From assembly GCF_964355755.1 (NCBI RefSeq), contig NC_092675.1:13139812-13203811 (forward strand): 64,000 nt of DNA, read 5' to 3'. This stretch comes from Antedon mediterranea (Eukaryota; Animalia; Echinodermata). Position 1 is the first letter of the stretch; every line of letters starts with the position of its first letter. The notes below the pieces were generated by a model that did no database searches, was not told the origin of the DNA, and was given only the letters and a program-made list of their open reading frames with translations. The translations under genes and the position numbers were made by a program. Below, one piece after another: positions 11,301 through 24,700 of the stretch.

Positions 11301-14300
11301 CTTCAAATCGCATTTGTAGATGTTTTAGAACATTTTGTGTTCTTCGAAAAAACCTGTTAACATAAAAACACCAAAGTGCTTAGAATAGCTTCAAATCGCA
11401 TTTGGAGACGTTTTAGACCATTTTGTGATTTTTGAAAAAACTTGTTAACATAAAAACACCAAAGTGCTTAGAATAGCTTCAAATCACATTTGGAGACGTT
11501 TTAGACCATTTTGTGATTTTCGAAAAAACTTGTTAACATAAAAACACGAAAGTGGTTAGAATAGCTTCAAATCGCATTTGGAAACGTTTTAGACCATTTT
11601 GTGATTTTCGAAAAAGATTGTTAACATAAAAACACCAAAGTGCTTAGAATCACAATATAAACCGTTTTAGACCATTTTGAGCATTTCGATAACAATTTTC
11701 ACACAAAAACATCAAAGAGCACAAAATAGCTTAATATCGTATTTAAAAATGTTTTAGACCATTTTGAGCATTTAGATAAAACTTTTTCACACAAAACACC
11801 AAAGTGCTTAGAATAGCTTCAAATCGCATTTGGAGACGGTTTAGACCATTTTGTGATTTTGAAAAAACTTGTTAACATAAAAACACCAAAGTGCTTAGAA
11901 TAGCTTCAAATCGCATTTGGAGACGTTTTAGACCATTTTGTGATTTTCGAAAGAACTTGTTAACATAAAAACACCAAAGTGCTTAGAATAGCTTCAAATC
12001 GTATTTGGAGACGTTTTAGACCATTTTGAGATTTTCGAAAAATCTTGGTTACACAAAAACATCAAAGTGCTTAAAATCACATTATAAACCGTTTTAGACC
12101 ATTTTGAACATTTCGATAACACTTTTCACACAAAAACATCAAAGAGCACAAAATAGCTTAATATCGTATTTAAAAACGTTTTAGACCATTTTGAGCATTT
12201 CGACAAAACTTTTTCACACAAAACACCAAAGTGCTTAGAATAGCTTCAAATCGCATTAGGAGACGTTTTAGACCAATTTGTGCATTTCGATGAAACTTGA
12301 TTACACAAAAACATCAACGTGCTTAAAATCACATTATAAACCGTTTTAGACCATTTTGAGCATTTCGATAACACTTTTCACACAAAAACATCAAAGAGCA
12401 CAAAATAGCTTAATATCGTATTTAAAAACGTTTTAGACCATTTTGAGCATTTAGACAAAACTTTTTCACACAAAACACCAAAGTGCTTAGAATAGCTTCA
12501 AATCGCATTTGGAGACGTTTTAGACCATTTTGTGCATTTCGATGAAGCTTGGTTACACAAAAACATCAAAGTGCTTAAAATCACATTATAAATCGTTTTA
12601 GACCATTTTGAGCATTTCGACAAAACTTTTTCACACAAAATACCAAAGGGCTTAGAATAGCTTCAAATCGCATTTGGAGACGTTTTAGACCATTTTGTGA
12701 TTTTCGAAAAAACTTTTTAACATAAAAACACCAAAGTGCTTAGAATAGCTTCAAATCACATTTGGAGACGTTTTAGACCATTTTGTGATTTTCGAAAAAA
12801 CTTGTTAACATAAAAACACGAAAGTGCTTAGAATAGCTTCAAATCGCATTTGGAAACGTTTTAGACCATTTTGTGATTTTCGAAAAAACTTGGTTACACA
12901 AAAACATCAAAGTGCTTAAAATCACATTATAAACCGTTTTAGACCATTTTGAGCATTTCGATAACACTTTTCACACAAAAACATCAAAGAGCACAAAATA
13001 GCTTAATATCGTATTTAAAAACGTTTTAGACCATTTTGAGCATTTAGACAAAACTTTTTCACACAAAACACCAAAGTGCTTAGAATAGCTTCAAATCGCA
13101 TTTGGAGACGTTTTAGACCATTTTGTGCATTTCGATGAAACTTGGTTACACAAAAACATCAAAGTGCTTAAAATCACATTATAAATCGTTTTAGACCATT
13201 TTGAGCATTTCGACAAAACTTTTTCACACAAAATACCAAAGTGCTTAGAATAGCTTCAAATCGCATTTGGAGACGTTTTAGACCATTTTGTGATTTTCGA
13301 AAAAACTTTTTAACATAAAAACACCAAAGTGCTTAGAATAGCTTCAAATCACATTTGGAGACATTTTAGACCATTTTGTGATTTTCGAAAAAACTTGTTA
13401 ACATAAAAACACGAAGTGCTTAGAATAGCTTCAAATCGCATTTGGAAACGTTTTAGACCATTTTGTGATTTTCGAAAAAAATTGTTAACATAAAAACACC
13501 AAAGTGCTTAGAATCACATTATAAACCGTTTTAGACCATTTTGAGCATTTCGATAACACTTTTCACACAAAAACATCAAAGAGCACAAAATAGCTTAATA
13601 TCGTATTTAAAAACGTTTTAGACCATTTTTTGAGCATTTAGACAAAACTTTTTCACACAAAACACCAAAGTGCTTAGAATAGCTTCAAATCGCATTTGGA
13701 GACGTTTTAGACCATTTTGTGATTTTCGAAAAAACTTATCAACATAAAAACACCAAAAGGTTTAGAATAGCTTCAAATCGCATTTGGAGACGTTTTAGAC
13801 CATTTTGTGATTTTTGAAAAAACTTGTTAACATAAAAACACCAAAGTGCTTAGAATAGCTTCAAGACACATTTGGAGACGTTTTAGACCATTTTGTGATT
13901 TTCGAAAAAACTTGTTAACATAAAAACACGAAAGTGCTTAGAATAGCTTCAAATCGCATTTGGAAACGTTTTAGACCATTTTGTGATTTTCGAAAAAGAT
14001 TGTTAACATAAAAACACCAAAGTGCTTAGAATCACAATATAAACCGTTTTAGACCATTTTGAGCATTTCGATAACAATTTTCACACAAAAACATCAAAGA
14101 GCACAAAATAGCTTAATATCGTATTTAAAAATGTTTTAGACCATTTTGAGCATTTAGATAAAATTTTTCACACAAAACACCAAAGTGCTTAGAATAGCTT
14201 CAAATCGCATTTGGAGACGGTTTAGACCATTTTGTGATTTTGAAAAAACTTGTTAACATAAAAACACCAAAGTGCTTAGAATAGCTTCAAATCGCATTTG

Positions 14301-16985
14301 GAGACGTTTTAGACCATTTTGTGATTTTCGAAAAAACTTGTTAACATAAAAACACCAAAGTGCTTAGAATAGCTTCAAATCGTATTTGGAGACGTTTTAG
14401 ACCATTTTGAGATTTTCGAAAAAACTTGGTTACACAAAAACATCAAAGTGCTTAAAATCACATTATAAACCGTTTTAGACCATTTTGAACATTTCGATAA
14501 CACTTTTCACACAAAAACATCAAAGAGCACAAAATAGCTTAATATCGTATTTAAAAACGTTTTAGACCATTTTGAGCATTTCGACAAAACTTTTTCACAC
14601 AAAACACCAAAGTGCTTAGAATAGCTTCAAATCGCATTTGGAGACGTTTTAGACCAATTTGTGCATTTCGATGAAACTTGATTACACAAAAACATCAACG
14701 TGCTTAAAATCACATTATAAACCGTTTTAGACCATTTTGAGCATTTCGATAACACTTTTCACACAAAAACATCAAAGAGCACAAAATAGCTTAATATCGT
14801 ATTTAAAAACGTTTTAGACCATTTTGAGCATTTAGACAAAACTTTTTCACACAAAACACCAAAGTGCTTAGAATAGCTTCAAATCGCATTTGGAGACGTT
14901 TTAGACCATTTTGTGCATTTCGATGAAACTTGGTTACACAAAAACATCAAAGTGCTTAAAATCACATTATAAATCGTTTTAGACCATTTTGAGCATTTCG
15001 ACAAAACTTTTTCACACAAAATACCAAAGGGCTTAGAATAGCTTCAAATCGCATTTGGAGACGTTTTAGACCATTTTGTGATTTTCGAAAAAACTTTTTA
15101 ACATAAAAAGACCAAAGTGCTTAGAATAGCTTCAAATCACATTTGGAGACGTTTTAGACCATTTTGTGATTTTCGAAAAAACTTGTTAACATAAAAACAC
15201 GAAAGTGCTTAGAATAGCTTCAAATCGCATTTGGAAACGTTTTAGACCATTTTGTGATTTTCGAAAAAAATTGTTAACATAAAAACACCAAAGTGCTTAG
15301 AATCACATTATAAACCGTTTTAGACCATTTTGAGCATTTCGATAACAATTTTCACACAAAAACATCAAAGAGCACAAAATAGCTTAATATCGTATTTAAA
15401 AATGTTTTAGACCATTTTGAGCATTTAGATAAAACTTTTTCACACAAAACACCAAAGTGCTTAGAATAGCTTCAAATCGCATTTGGAGACGTTTTAGACC
15501 ATTTTGTGATTTTTGAAAAAACTTGTTAACATAAAAACACCAAAGTGCTTAGAATAGCTTCAAATCACATTTGGAGACGTTTTAGACCATTTTGTGATTT
15601 TCGAAAAAACTTATCAACATAAAAACACCAAAGGGTTTAGAATAGCTTCAAATCGCATTTGGAGACGTTTTAGACCATTTTGTGATTTTGAAAAAACTTG
15701 TTAACATAAAAACACCAAAGTGCTTAGAATAGCTTCAAATCGCATTTGGAGACGTTTTAGACTATTTTGTGATTTTCGAAAAAACTTGTTAACATAAAAA
15801 CACCAAAGTGCTTAGAATAGCTTCAAATCGTATTTGGAGACGTTTTAGACCATTTTGAGATTTTCGAAAAAACTTGGTTACACAAAAACATCAAAGTGCT
15901 TAAAATCACATTATAAACCGTTTTAGACCATTTTGAGAATTTCGATAACACTTTTCACACAAAAACATCAAAGAGCACAAAATAGCTTAATATCGTATTT
16001 AAAAACGTTTTAGACCATTTTGAGCATTTCGACAAAACTTTTTCACACAAAACACCAAAGTGCTTAGAATAGCTTCAAATCGCATTTGGAGACGTTTTAG
16101 ACCAATTTGTGCATTTCGATGAAACTTGATTACACAAAAACATCAAAGTGCTTAAAATCACATTATAAACCGTTTTAGACCATTTTGAGCATTTCGATAA
16201 CACTTTTCACACAAAAACATCAAAGAGCACAAAATAGCTTAATATCGTATTTAAAAACGTTTTAGACCATTTTGAGCATTTAGACAAAACTTTTTCACAC
16301 AAAACACCAAAGTGCTTAGAATAGCTTCAAATCGCATTTGGAGACGTTTTAGACCATTTTGTGCATTTCGATGAAACTTGGTTACACAAAAACATCAAAG
16401 TGCTTAAAATCACATTATAAATCGTTTTAGACCATTTTGAGCATTTCGACAAAACTTTTTCACACAAAATACCAAAGTGCTTAGAATAGCTTCAAATCGC
16501 ATTTGGAGACGTTTTAGACCATTTTGTGATTTTCGAAAAAACTTTTTAACATAAAAACACCAAAGTGCTTAGAATAGCTTCAAATCACATTTGGAGACAT
16601 TTTAGACCAAAAGTGCTTAGAATCACATTATAAACCGTTTTAGACCATTTTGAGCATTTCGATAACAATTTTCACACAAAAACATCAAAGAGCACAAAAT
16701 AGCTTAATATCGTATTTAAAAATGTTTTAGACCATTTTGAGCATTTAGATAAAACTTTTTCACACAAAACACCAAAGTGCTTAGAATAGCTTCAAATCGC
16801 ATTTGGAGACGTTTTAGACCAATTTGTGATTTTTGAAAAAACTTGTTAACATAAAAACACCAAAGTGCTTAGAATAGCTTCAAATCACATTTGGAGACGT
16901 TTTAGACCATTTTGTGATTTTGAACAAACTTGTTAACATAAAAACACCAAAGTGCTTAGAATAGCTTCAAATCGTATTTGGAGAC

Positions 16986-18785
16986 GTTTTAGACCATTTT
17001 GAGATTTTCGAAAAAACTTGGTTACACAAAAACATCAAAGTGCTTAAAATCACATTATAAACCGTTTTAGACCATTTTGAGCATTTCGATAACACTTTTC
17101 ACACAAAAACATCAAAGAGCACAAAATAGCTTAATATCGTATTTAAAAACGTTTTAGACCATTTTGAGCATTTCGACAAAACTTTTTCACACAAAACACC
17201 AAAGTGCTTAGAATAGCTTCAAATCGCATTTGGAGACGTTTTAGACCAATTTGTGCATTTCGATGAAACTTGATTACACAAAAACATCAAAGTGCTTAAA
17301 ATCACATTATAAACCGTTTTAGACCATTTTGAGCATTTCGATAACACTTTTCACACAAAAACATCAAAGAGCACAAAATAGCTTAATATCGTATTTAAAA
17401 ACGTTTTAGACCATTTTGAGAATTTAGACAAAACTTTTTCACACAAAACACCAAAGTGCTTAGAATAGCTTCAAATCGCATTTGGAGACGTTTTAGACCA
17501 TTTTGTGCATTTCGATGAAACTTGGTTACACAAAAACATCAAAGTGCTTAAAATCACATTATAAATCGTTTTAGACCATTTTGAGCATTTCGACAAAACT
17601 TTTTCACACAAAATACCAAAGTGCTTAGAATAGCTTCAAATCGCATTTGGAGACGTTTTAGACCATTTTGTGATTTTCGAAAAAACTTTTTAACATAAAA
17701 ACACCAAAGTGCTTAGAATAGCTTCAAATCACATTTGGAGACATTTTAGACCATTTTGTGATTTTCGAAAAAACTTGTTAACATAAAAACACGAAGTGCT
17801 TAGAATAGCTTCAAATCGCATTTGGAAACGTTTTAGACCATTTTGTGATTTTCGAAAAAAATTGTTAACATAAAAACACCAAAGTGCTTAGAATCACATT
17901 ATAAACCGTTTTAGACCATTTTGAGCATTTCGATAACAATTTTCACACAAAAACATCAAAGAGCACAAAATAGCTTAATATCGTATTTAAAAATGTTTTA
18001 GACCATTTTGAGCATTTAGATAAAACTTTTTCACACAAAACACCAAAGTGCTTAGAATAGCTTCAAATCGCATTTGGAGACGTTTTAGACCATTTTGTGA
18101 TTTTTGAAAAAACTTGTTAACATAAAAACACCAAAGTGCTTAGAATAGCTTCAAATCACATTTGGAGACGTTTTAGACCATTTTGTGATTTTCGAAAAAA
18201 CTTGTTAACATAAAAACACGAAAGTGCTTAGAATAGCTTCAAATCGCATTTGGAAACGTTTTAGACCATTTTGTGATTTTCTAAAAAACTTGTTAACATA
18301 AAAACACGAAAGTGCTTAGAATAGCTTCAAATCGCATTTGGAAACGTTTTAGACCATTTTGTGATTTTCGAAAAAACTTGTTAACATAAAAACACGAAAG
18401 TGCTTAGAATAGCTTCAAATCGCATTTGGAAACGTTTTAGACCATTTTGTGATTTTCGAAAAAAAATTGTTAACATAAAAACACCAAAGTGTTTAGAATA
18501 GCTTCAAATCGCATTTGGAGACGTTTTAGACCAATTTGTGATTTTCGAAAAAACTTATCAACATAAAAACACCAAAGGGTTTAGAATAGCTTCAAATCGC
18601 ATTTGGAGACGTTTTAGACCATTTTGTGATTTTGAAAAAACTTGTTAACATAAAAACACCAAAGTGCTTAGAATAGCTTCAAATCGCATTTGGAGACGTT
18701 TTAGACCATTTTGTGATTTTCGAAAAAACTTGTTAACATAAAAACACCAAAGTGCTTAGAATAGCTTCAAATCGTATTTGGAGAC
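16986..18785. repeat. Long HOR variant, 21 monomers, 1800 bp
   Basis: B,C,D,E,C,D,E,D,A,A,B',C,D,8xA; summed monomer lengths equal the 1800-bp spacing between consecutive 'gagatttt' B monomers. Confidence 0.85.
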
Positions 18786-21700
18786 GTTTTAGACCATTTT
18801 GAGATTTTCGAAAAAACTTGGTTACACAAAAACATCAAAGTGCTTAAAATCACATTATAAACCGTTTTAGACCATTTTGAGCATTTCGGTAACACTTTTC
18901 ACACAAAAACATCAAAGAGCACAAAATAGCTTAATATCGTATTTAAAAACGTTTTAGACCATTTTGAGCCTTTAGACAAAACTTTTTCACACAAAACACC
19001 AAAGTGCTTAGAATAGCTTCAAATCGCATTTGGAGACGTTTTAGACCATTTTGTGCATTTCGATGAAACTTGGTTACACAAAAACATCAAAGTGCTTAAA
19101 ATCACATTATAAATCGTTTTAGACCATTTTGAGCATTTCGACAAAACTTTTTCACACAAAATACCAAAGTGCTTAGAATAGCTTCAAATCGCATTTGGAG
19201 ACGTTTTAGACCATTTTGTGATTTTCGAAAAAACTTTTTAACATAAAAACACCAAAGTGCTTAGAATAGCTTCAAATCACATTTGGAGACGTTTTAGACC
19301 ATAAGTGCTTAGAATCACATTATAAACCGTTTTAGACCATTTTGAGCATTTCGATAACAATTTTCACACAAAAACATCAAAGAGCACAAAATAGCTTAAT
19401 ATCGTATTTAAAAATGTTTTAGACCATTTTGAGCATTTAGATAAAACTTTTTCACACAAAACACCAAAGTGCTTAGAATAGCTTCAAATCGCATTTGGAG
19501 ACGTTTTAGACCATTTTGTGATTTTTGAAAAAACTTGTTAACATAAAAACACCAAAGTGCTTAGAATAGCTTCAAATCACATTTGGAGACGTTTTAGACC
19601 ATTTTGTGATTTTCGAAAAAACTTGTTAACATAAAAACACGAAAGTGCTTAGAATAGCTTCAAATCGCATTTGGAAACGTTTTAGACCATTTAGTGATTT
19701 TCGAAAAAACTTGTTAACATAAAAACACGAAAGTGCTTAGAATAGCTTCAAATCGCATTTGGAAACGTTTTAGACCATTTTGTGATTTTCGAAAAAAATT
19801 GTTAACATAAAAACACCAAAGTGTTTAGAATAGCTTCAAATCGCATTTGGAGACGTTTTAGACCAATTTGTGATTTTCGAAAAAACTTATCAACATAAAA
19901 ACACCAAAGGGTTTAGAATAGCTTCAAATCGCATTTGGAGACGTTTTAGACCATTTTGTGATTTTCGAAAAAACTTGTTAACATAAAAACACGAAAGTGC
20001 TTAGAATAGCTTCAAATCGCATTTGGAAACGTTTTAGACCATTTTGTGATTTTCGAAAAAACTTGTTAACATAAAAACATGAAAGTGCTTAGAATAGCTT
20101 CAAATCGTATTTGGAGACGTTTTAGACCATTTTGTGATTTTCGAAAAAACTTGTTAACATAAAAACACGAATGTGCTTAGAATAGCTTCAAATCGCATTT
20201 TGAGACGTTTTAGACCATTTTGTGCATTTCGATGAAACTTGGTTACACAAAAACATCAAAGTGCTTAAAATCACATTATAAACCATTTTAGACCATTTTG
20301 AGCATTTCGATAACACTTTTCACACAAAAACATCAAAGAGCACAAAATAGCTTAATATCGTATTTAAAAACGTTTTAGACCATTTTGAGCATTTCGACAA
20401 AACTTTTTCACACAAAACACCAAAGTGCTTAGAATAGCTTCAAATCGCATTTGGAGACGTTTTAGACCATTTTGTGATTTTCGAAAAAACTTGTTAACAT
20501 AAAAACATCAAAGTGTACAGAATAACTTCAAATCGCATTTGGAGACCGTTTTAGGCCAATTTGTGATTTTCGAAAAAACTTGTTAACCTAAAAATACCAA
20601 AGTGTTTAGAATAGCTTCAAATCGCATTTGGAGACGTTTTAGAACATTTTGTGATTTTCGAAAAAACTTGTTAACATAAAAACACCAAAGTGCTTAGAAT
20701 AGCTTCAAATCGTATTTGGAGACGTTTTAGACCATTTTGAGATTTTCGAAAAAACTTGGTTACACAAAAACATCAAAGTGCTTAAAATCACATTATAAAC
20801 CGTTTTAGACCATTTTGAGAATTTCGATAACACTTTTCACACAAAAACATCAAAGAGCACAAAATAGCTTAATATCGTATTTAAAAAAGTTTTAGACCAT
20901 TTTGAGCATTTCGACAAAACTTTTTCACACAAAACACCAAAGTGCTTAGAATAGCTTCAAATCGCATTTGGAGACGTTTTAGACCAATTTGTGCATTTCG
21001 ATGAAACTTGATTACACAAAAACATCAAAGTGCTTAAAATCACATTATAAACCGTTTTAGACCATTTTGAGCATTTCGATAACACTTTTCACACAAAAAC
21101 ATCAAAGAGCACAAAATAGCTTAATATCGTATTTAAAAACGTTTTAGACCATTTTGAGCATTTAGACAAAACTTTTTCACACAAAACACCAAAGTGCTTA
21201 GAATAGCTTCAAATCGCATTTGGAGACGTTTTAGACCATTTTGTGCATTTCGATGAAACTTGGTTACACAAAAACATCAAAGTGCTTAAAATCACATTAT
21301 AAATCGTTTTAGACCATTTTGAGCATTTCGACAAAACTTTTTCACACAAAATACCAAAGTGCTTAGAATAGCTTCAAATCGCATTTGGAGACGTTTTAGA
21401 CCATTTTGTGATTTTCGAAAAAACTTTTTAACATAAAAACACCAAAGTGCTTAGAATAGCTTCAAATCACATTTGGAGACATTTTAGACCATTTTGTGAT
21501 TTTCGAAAAAACTTGTTAACATAAAAACACGAAGTGCTTAGAATAGCTTCAAATCGCATTTGGAAACGTTTTAGACCATTTTGTGATTTTCGAAAAAAAT
21601 TGTTAACATAAAAACACCAAAGTGCTTAGAATCACATTATAAACCGTTTTAGACCATTTTGAGCATTTCGATAACAATTTTCACACAAAAACATCAAAGA

Positions 21701-24700
21701 GCACAAAATAGCTTAATATCGTATTTAAAAATGTTTTAGACCATTTTGAGCATTTAGATAAAACTTTTTCACACAAAACACCAAAGTGCTTAGAATAGCT
21801 TCAAATCGCATTTGGAGACGTTTTAGACCATTTTGTGATTTTTGAAAAAACTTGTTAACATAAAAACACCAAAGTGCTTAGAATAGCTTCAAATCGCATT
21901 TGGAAACGTTTTAGACCATTTTGTGATTTTCGAAAAAACTTGTTAACATAAAAACATGAAAGTGCTTAGAATAGCTTCAAATCGTATTTGGAGACGTTTT
22001 AGACCATTTTGTGATTTTCGAAAAAACTTGTTAACATAAAAACACCAATGTGCTTAGAATAGCTTCAAATCGCATTTGGAGACGGTTTAGACCATTTTGT
22101 GATTTTGAAAAAACTTGTTAACATAAAAACACCAAAGTGCTTAGAATAGCTTCAAATCGCATTTGGAGACGTTTTAGACCATTTTGTGATTTTCGAAAAA
22201 ACTTGTTAACATAAAAACACCAAAGTGCTTAGAATAGCTTCAAATCGTATTTGGAGACGTTTTAGACCATTTTGAGATTTTCGAAAAAACTTGGTTACAC
22301 AAAAACATCAAAGTGCTTAAAATCACATTATAAACCGTTTTAGACCATTTTGAGCATTTCGGTAACACTTTTCACACAAAAACATCAAAGAGCACAAAAT
22401 AGCTTAATATCGTATTTAAAAACGTTTTAGACCATTTTGAGCCTTTAGACAAAACTTTTTCACACAAAACACCAAAGTGCTTAGAATAGCTTCAAATCGC
22501 ATTTGGAGACGTTTTAGACCATTTTGTGCATTTCGATGAAACTTGGTTACACAAAAACATCAAAGTGCTTAAAATCACATTATAAATCGTTTTAGACCAT
22601 TTTGAGCATTTCGACAAAACTTTTTCACACAAAATACCAAAGTGCTTAGAATAGCTTCAAATCGCATTTGGAGACGTTTTAGACCATTTTGTGATTTTCG
22701 AAAAAACTTTTTAACATAAAAACACCAAAGTGCTTAGAATAGCTTCAAATCACATTTGGAGACGTTTTAGACCATAAGTGCTTAGAATCACATTATAAAC
22801 CGTTTTAGACCATTTTGAGCATTTCGATAACAATTTTCACACAAAAACATCAAAGAGCACAAAATAGCTTAATATCGTATTTAAAAATGTTTTAGACCAT
22901 TTTGAGCATTTAGATAAAACTTTTTCACACAAAACACCAAAGGGTTTAGAATAGCTTCAAATCGCATTTGGAGACGTTTTAGACCATTTTGTGATTTTTG
23001 AAAAAACTTGTTAACATAAAAACACCAAAGTGCTTAGAATAGCTTCAAATCACATTTGGAGACGTTTTAGACCATTTTGTGATTTTCGAAAAAACTTGTT
23101 AACATAAAAACACGAAAGTGCTTAGAATAGCTTCAAATCGCATTTGGAAACGTTTTAGACCATTTAGTGATTTTCGAAAAAACTTGTTAACATAAAAACA
23201 CGAAAGTGCTTAGAATAGCTTCAAATCGCATTTGGAAACGTTTTAGACCATTTTGTGATTTTCGAAAAAAATTGTTAACATAAAAACACCAAAGTGTTTA
23301 GAATAGCTTCAAATCGCATTTGGAGACGTTTTAGACCAATTTGTGATTTTCGAAAAAACTTATCAACATAAAAACACCAAAGGGTTTAGAATAGCTTCAA
23401 ATCGCATTTGGAGACGTTTTAGACCATTTTGAGATTTTCGAAAAAACTTGGTTACACAAAAACATCAAAGTGCTTAAAATCACATTATAAACCGTTTTAG
23501 ACCATTTTGAACATTTCGATAACACTTTTCACACAAAAACATCAAAGAGCACAAAATAGCTTAATATCGTATTTAAAAACGTTTTAGACCATTTTGAGCA
23601 TTTCGACAAAACTTTTTCACACAAAACACCAAAGTGCTTAGAATAGCTTCAAATCGCATTTGGAGAAGTTTTAGACCAATTTGTGCATTTCGATGAAACT
23701 TGATTACACAAAAACATCAACGTGCTTAAAATCACATTATAAACCGTTTTAGACCATTTTGAGCATTTCGATAACACTTTTCACACAAAAACATCAAAGA
23801 GCACAAAATAGCTTAATATCGTATTTAAAAACGTTTTAGACCATTTTGAGCATTTAGACAAAACTTTTTCACACAAAACACCAAAGTGCTTAGAATAGCT
23901 TCAAATCGCATTTGGAGACGTTTTAGACCATTTTGTGCATTTCGATGAAGCTTGGTTACACAAAAACATCAAAGTGCTTAAAATCACATTATAAATCGTT
24001 TTAGACCATTTTGAGCATTTCGACAAAACTTTTTCACACAAAATACCAAAGGGCTTAGAATAGCTTCAAATCGCATTTGGAGACGTTTTAGACCATTTTG
24101 TGATTTTCGAAAAAACTTTTTAACATAAAAACACCAAAGTGCTTAGAATAGCTTCAAATCACATTTGGAGACGTTTTAGACCATTTTGTGATTTTCGAAA
24201 AAACTTGTTAACATAAAAACACGAAAGTGCTTAGAATAGCTTCAAATCGCATTTGGAAACGTTTTAGACCATTTTGTGATTTTCGAAAAAAATTGTTAAC
24301 ATAAAAACACCAAAGTGCTTAGAATCACATTATAAACCGTTTTAGACCATTTTGAGCATTTCGATAACAATTTTTACACAAAAACATCAAAGAGCACAAA
24401 ATAGCTTAATATCGTATTTAAAAATGTTTTAGACCATTTTGAGCATTTAGATAAAACTTTTTCACACAAAACACCAAAGTGCTTAGAATAGCTTCAAATC
24501 GCATTTGGAGACGTTTTAGACCATTTTGTGATTTTTGAAAAAACTTGTTAACATAAAAACACCAAAGTGTTAGAATAGCTTCAAATCACATTTGGAGACG
24601 TTTTAGACTATTTTGTGATTTTCGAAAAAACTTGTTAACATAAAAACACCAAAGTGCTTAGAATAGCTTAAAATCGTATTTGGAGACGTTTTAGACCATT